Assembly (NCBI GenBank): GCA_038244685.1 | Contig: JBBRTD010000001.1 | Location: 166,392-230,391, forward strand | Origin: Minisyncoccia bacterium | GTDB lineage: Bacteria; Patescibacteriota; Minisyncoccia; Phycocordibacterales; UBA9973 | DNA length: 64,000 bases | Reading direction: 5' to 3' | Part shown: in pieces, positions 60,456 through 64,000 of the stretch | Position numbering within the stretch: position 1 is the first letter of the stretch | How the letters are laid out: every line of letters starts with the position of its first letter | Translations under genes and position numbers: made by a program | The notes under the pieces: model-generated | What the model saw: only the letters and a program-made list of their open reading frames with translations | Databases searched by the model: none | Told to the model about the DNA's origin: nothing

Positions 60456-61928
60456 TTATTGTTCTATATAAGTTGTATTCATCTTATCTACTGGAATCGT
60501 TACAGAGTCTGAGATAGAAGCTCCGTAGAATCCTAGACATGAAATAGTATATTTTGTATCTCTCTTTAGGGCTGGAGTTACATAAGGACTATTTTCATTT
60601 CCTCCACAACTGCCGCTTACTCCTGCTTTATCAGAATATTCACAAGAACAAGAATCAACATTTTCGGAAGTCCAAATTACTTTTGCTTTTCCGTTATAAG
60701 TAATTTTTTGACCAGTAGGAAGTGGTTTGTCTTTCCAAGTAAATGAAACATTCAAAGCTGGACATAGATTATTTGTATAGTCTCTACTTGTTGCCATACC
60801 ATCAGCATCAGGCGCACAAGGAGCACCTCCATTTAAAGGTTCAATACAAGATCTTGTTTGAGTACCACTACCTGGACAAGTACTTGATCGAGATGTCCAT
60901 GCCGTCCAAGCACCATCTACTTTTGGACCTGCAGGTGGAGTAGCAATACAAACTGAACCATTCCAAGTACAATTATTTAACTGTGCATCAACATATTTAC
61001 TTGCTAATTCTTTTCCAGTGTTATAAAGGAATAATGTCGTTGATTCACCATAAGATAGAGTTAAAGATTTATTTCCAACATCCCCTGTGGCGAGAGTCTT
61101 ACCACCAGTACTTTCGGTTACAGCAGAAGCTCCAACTGTTTCTGGATTAGTAACCTTCCAAGAATAAGGAACAGCACATGAACTTTCGCCAATACTTATA
61201 AGACAACTAGTTGCATCCAAATTACCAGACATCGGACCGGCAGGATATTTACAATTATCACTTACATAAGTTGAATTTGAATTAGTAACCGGTGTTTCAA
61301 AAATACATCCAGGAAAATCACTTTTTGTTTGCTTTCTTATTACTGAACCAGAGATAGCAGCATCACCATTCCCGTTTAAGTCACAAGCAACAGTAACGTT
61401 CTTAGTTAGAGGAGCAGGGCAAACTGTTCCGCAGGCTTTGGTATCATTATCTGCTGCGGGACAAGCAATTCCACCATTTGATGCTGGAGTAGTTATATTG
61501 TAAGTTTCAGTTCCGTTTACACAAGAACTCCAACTACCAACACAATTTGTTCCACAGGTACGAGTCGCATTATCGGCAAAAGAACATACCGCCCCGCCTC
61601 CTGATGCAGGCGAAGTAATATTATAAGTCTGAGTTCCGTTTGAACATGAACTCCAACTACCAACACAGCTTGTTCCACAATTTTGAGTTGCTCCATTAAC
61701 TGCCGAGCAGACAGCGCCACCGTTTTCGGCTGGAGTGGTAATGTTGTAAGTTTGAGAACCATTAATACAAGTGCTGTAACTTCCCGAACAATCAACAACC
61801 CCAGCTCCTGCTCCTACGACTTGGACAGTTGCGGTTCCAGAAATAGAAGCCGCATTGGCAGAAATAAATCCTAATATAAAAAATGAGAAAACGAATAAAA
61901 TAATTTTTGAAATTTTCATTGCGTTCAT
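60456..61928 (-). CDS. Secreted Cys-rich protein (490 aa) with three short TSR-like modules and one fuller TSR-like module
   Basis: Signal peptide. Three repeated modules C(G/I)(T/N)(S/G)...W(S)SC.NGT.TYNIT.PA..GG..C. C-terminal DGAWTAWTSRSSTCPGSGTQTRSCIEPLNGGAPC. Confidence 0.7.
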   Translation of the reverse strand: MNAMKISKIILFVFSFFILGFISANAASISGTATVQVVGAGAGVVDCSGSYSTCINGSQTYNITTPAENGGAVCSAVNGATQNCGTSCVGSWSSCSNGTQTYNITSPASGGGAVCSFADNATRTCGTNCVGSWSSCVNGTETYNITTPASNGGIACPAADNDTKACGTVCPAPLTKNVTVACDLNGNGDAAISGSVIRKQTKSDFPGCIFETPVTNSNSTYVSDNCKYPAGPMSGNLDATSCLISIGESSCAVPYSWKVTNPETVGASAVTESTGGKTLATGDVGNKSLTLSYGESTTLFLYNTGKELASKYVDAQLNNCTWNGSVCIATPPAGPKVDGAWTAWTSRSSTCPGSGTQTRSCIEPLNGGAPCAPDADGMATSRDYTNNLCPALNVSFTWKDKPLPTGQKITYNGKAKVIWTSENVDSCSCEYSDKAGVSGSCGGNENSPYVTPALKRDTKYTISCLGFYGASISDSVTIPVDKMNTTYIEQ

Positions 61929-62074
61929 AAAATTGCTTGATAATTGATAAATAATAAATAGAAACTATTGTTTTTATTATACCAATAAATGAATAGCATT
62001 AGCAAATAAATTTATGTCTATTTAATGACAATCTAAGTGTTATTAAATAATTATAAAAGTACCCCAATATACAA

Positions 62075-62106
62075 AAAACCCTTTTCTTGAAAAAGAAAAG
62101 GGTTTT
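62075..62106. terminator. Terminator AAAACCCTTTTCTT-GAAA-AAGAAAAGGGTTTT
   Basis: 14-bp perfect stem. Confidence 0.55.
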
Positions 62107-62125
62107 CGTATATTTATACATACAC

Positions 62126-62782
62126 CTATATTGGTGTGTAGGTTTCCTCGAATAAGTTTGTATTAGTAGCCACAGATGATATCAATACTAAATGATTAGC
62201 ATCAACGGTAACTAATTCCCAAGTAGAACTTCCTATTTTTATAATCTTATTAGACCAGGTCCATTTATATGAAGCAGTATATACTCCATCTAAAAAGAAA
62301 TCTTGAGTCCAATCGTCTTTAAAAAAAAGTGATTCTTTGGCTCCATCAAAAGTCATGTCTCTGATGAATTCTCTTTTGGAATTTAACAAACGATATTTTC
62401 CATTACCCCACTTAAAGTGAGTAAGAATCCCGAATTGGGAAGTAGTCCAGTTGCCCACGTGAGTGGTAACTGTTTTATTAGCACTAACACTTCCGTTAAT
62501 AGCGTTAATCGTAACCGTTGTCTCCCTTATTAAAGTTGGAAGGGCAACATTGATTACATCTGCTTTTTCGTTGTTGATTAAAAGTGAAGTAAAGTCCTTC
62601 ACAGTTCCTACAATATTAATAGTGTCCCCAAATACTACTGTTGTATCTGAAAAATTAGTTAATATTGTTGGAGTTTTAGCTACAACAACTGGAGGATTTA
62701 TTGGCTCAAGACCCCCCGATCCTGTCGAACAACTAATTAATAAGCTGCTCAAAATAACAACCATCAAAATTCTGCTCATCAT
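62126..62782 (-). CDS. Lipoprotein (218 aa)
   Basis: Lipobox SSLLISCSTG. Confidence 0.55.
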   Translation of the reverse strand: MMSRILMVVILSSLLISCSTGSGGLEPINPPVVVAKTPTILTNFSDTTVVFGDTINIVGTVKDFTSLLINNEKADVINVALPTLIRETTVTINAINGSVSANKTVTTHVGNWTTSQFGILTHFKWGNGKYRLLNSKREFIRDMTFDGAKESLFFKDDWTQDFFLDGVYTASYKWTWSNKIIKIGSSTWELVTVDANHLVLISSVATNTNLFEETYTPI

Positions 62783-62862
62783 ATGTTAAGGTATTTGTTT
62801 CTTCCTTTAAATAATGATATATAAATGGGAATTAGTCAAATTTTAACAGTGGATAACTTTTT

Positions 62863-62914
62863 AAGTATATACAAAATAAAACCCTATATTTAGGGTTTTA
62901 TTTTGTATATACTT
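62863..62914. terminator. 52-bp perfect palindrome AAGTATATACAAAATAAAACCCTA-TATT-TAGGGTTTTATTTTGTATATACTT
   Basis: Exact reverse-complement arms centred at about 62888. Confidence 0.55.
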
Positions 62915-62932
62915 AAATTTATTTAAGAGATA

Positions 62933-64000
62933 TTAATTTGAAATTGTACGGCAAACACTTCCTCCAGTTCTAGAAGTTCCAGAGATGAAACCGATACCTG
63001 AGAATGGAGTAGTCGAAGAATCAACAACTCTATAGTCATATGTACCATTATCAAGGGCTCCAGCTAATACTTCACCGGTACTATATGTTCCACTTGGGAA
63101 AGGGCCAGTTTGGAATACATTTGGACCAGTACAATGCTGTAATTTATAGTAATAACTACCCTTATTAGTAGTTACTGAATTTGTATCATCAGTACAAACT
63201 ACTTCAAATTTCTCATCACAAGTTTGTTTTGTAGGACAAGTCAAAGCTCCGGTTGCTGCCTTGCCTACTGGATAACCATAATGAGTGCCATTAGGGTCAC
63301 CCTTCACATAACAATAGGCCTTACTTTCATCTAGACCCCAAGCACGCCACACTAAATTAGTTCCCTCTTTGTCATTTACTGTTGAGTTTTCAACTGTCAC
63401 ATCAATGCCTGGGGCTACATATGGCTTTTTGTAGAAACAAGATTTGAGTACATTTGGAACAGGGTCACCACCGAAGGTACTTGTGTCACATTTAATACTA
63501 TCTGTTGCATCTTTAAAGATACATAATCCTCCTAATGTACCAAAGGCGACACTAGTAGTACCAGAAACGGTACAGTCTCCTCCTTCATCACTACATTTAG
63601 AAAATCCTGTAAGGTCACAACCAACAATGTAAGGAACATTTGTTTCGAAATATACAACAGGAGTTGTATCCATGAAAGGGTTTGCAAGACCTTGAGCTAA
63701 GAAATTTGGATTAAAGAAATAACCTTCATGTTTATAATAAGCCTTTATATTCATACTATAATTACCAGGAACACTCGGAGCTTGGAATGGGGGAGTAAAG
63801 ATCCCTGCACCATAGATTGCATATCCTCCAGTGACGTTCTCATTGATAATAGTGTAGTGATTGGGTTGACCACTAATCTGACCTTCCATAATAATATTTA
63901 TGGTTGAATTTCCACATGTTGGAAATTCAACACCAGCTAATATTGTGACAGGCTCACCAGGGGCATAAACTTTTTTACTAAAATTTAAAATAAAAACTAA
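62933..64000 (-). CDS. Secreted protein with YYKLQHC C-terminal domain, 5'-truncated by window edge (frame open beyond 64000)
   Basis: Reading frame continues without a stop upstream of the listed M to the window end. C-terminal roughly 90 aa homologous to 57909-58412. Confidence 0.6.
   Translation of the reverse strand, partial: LVFILNFSKKVYAPGEPVTILAGVEFPTCGNSTINIIMEGQISGQPNHYTIINENVTGGYAIYGAGIFTPPFQAPSVPGNYSMNIKAYYKHEGYFFNPNFLAQGLANPFMDTTPVVYFETNVPYIVGCDLTGFSKCSDEGGDCTVSGTTSVAFGTLGGLCIFKDATDSIKCDTSTFGGDPVPNVLKSCFYKKPYVAPGIDVTVENSTVNDKEGTNLVWRAWGLDESKAYCYVKGDPNGTHYGYPVGKAATGALTCPTKQTCDEKFEVVCTDDTNSVTTNKGSYYYKLQHCTGPNVFQTGPFPSGTYSTGEVLAGALDNGTYDYRVVDSSTTPFSGIGFISGTSRTGGSVCRTISN

Noticed and set aside
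1-64000. CRISPR arrays, rRNA genes, integrases or transposases
   Set aside because: No direct-repeat and spacer periodicity, no rRNA-like conserved blocks, and no recombinase or DDE motifs were seen anywhere in the window.

Overview
This AT-rich, gene-dense bacterial window has the hallmarks of a streamlined Candidate Phyla Radiation (Patescibacteria-like) genome. The hallmarks are ribosomal protein L30 missing between rpsE and rplO, small genes, many 'AAAACCC...GGGTTTT' bidirectional terminators, and smpB immediately followed by ssrA (tmRNA). The window runs through nine blocks. (1) 1-8.5 kb: a recG 3' part, a giant 1211-aa repeat-containing hypothetical protein with a small upstream partner, a LysM lipoprotein, a tRNA with an apparent UAU anticodon, and ftsH. 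(2) 8.7-9.6 kb: smpB and tmRNA. (3) 9.6-13.1 kb: a two-gene module of a GHKL/MORC-like ATPase plus a C5 cytosine methyltransferase, sitting directly after tmRNA and flanked by GC-rich structured non-coding segments. This is a candidate restriction-modification or defence island. (4) 13.1-16.3 kb: a long non-coding stretch, a secreted beta-rich protein and a HAD-like gene. (5) 16.1-21.0 kb: a copper homeostasis cluster, made of a perfect palindromic CsoR operator, csoR, DUF305, copA, an HMA-permease fusion and a CxMxM protein. (6) 21.1-23.3 kb: a NOX/ferric-reductase-like membrane protein co-transcribed with a tandem cytochrome b5 domain protein. (7) 23.3-29.8 kb: housekeeping genes (PGM/PMM, pseudouridine synthase, infC-rpmI-rplT, an RNase J-like beta-CASP protein, HD hydrolase, ndk). 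(8) 29.9-49.7 kb, all on the minus strand: tuf, the S10/spc ribosomal cluster, secY, adk, a UMP-kinase-like gene and map. Non-ribosomal inserts interrupt it: membrane proteins, dgkA, and an opposite-strand pyrE carrying an in-frame TAA. It ends in a TraD/VirD4/HerA-like P-loop ATPase instead of the usual infA-rpsM-rpsK-rpsD-rpoA genes. (9) 50-64 kb: an accessory island of giant and medium secreted or anchored proteins with no recognisable enzymatic domains. It includes two roughly 1000-aa paralogs carrying thrombospondin type-1 (WSxWS...TQTRSC) repeats and Ig-like modules, with near-identical DNA blocks of 0.8 kb or more. It also holds a Cys-rich protein with TSR-like modules and two proteins sharing a novel C-terminal domain. 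All calls are from sequence reading and motif recognition only. No searches were run.
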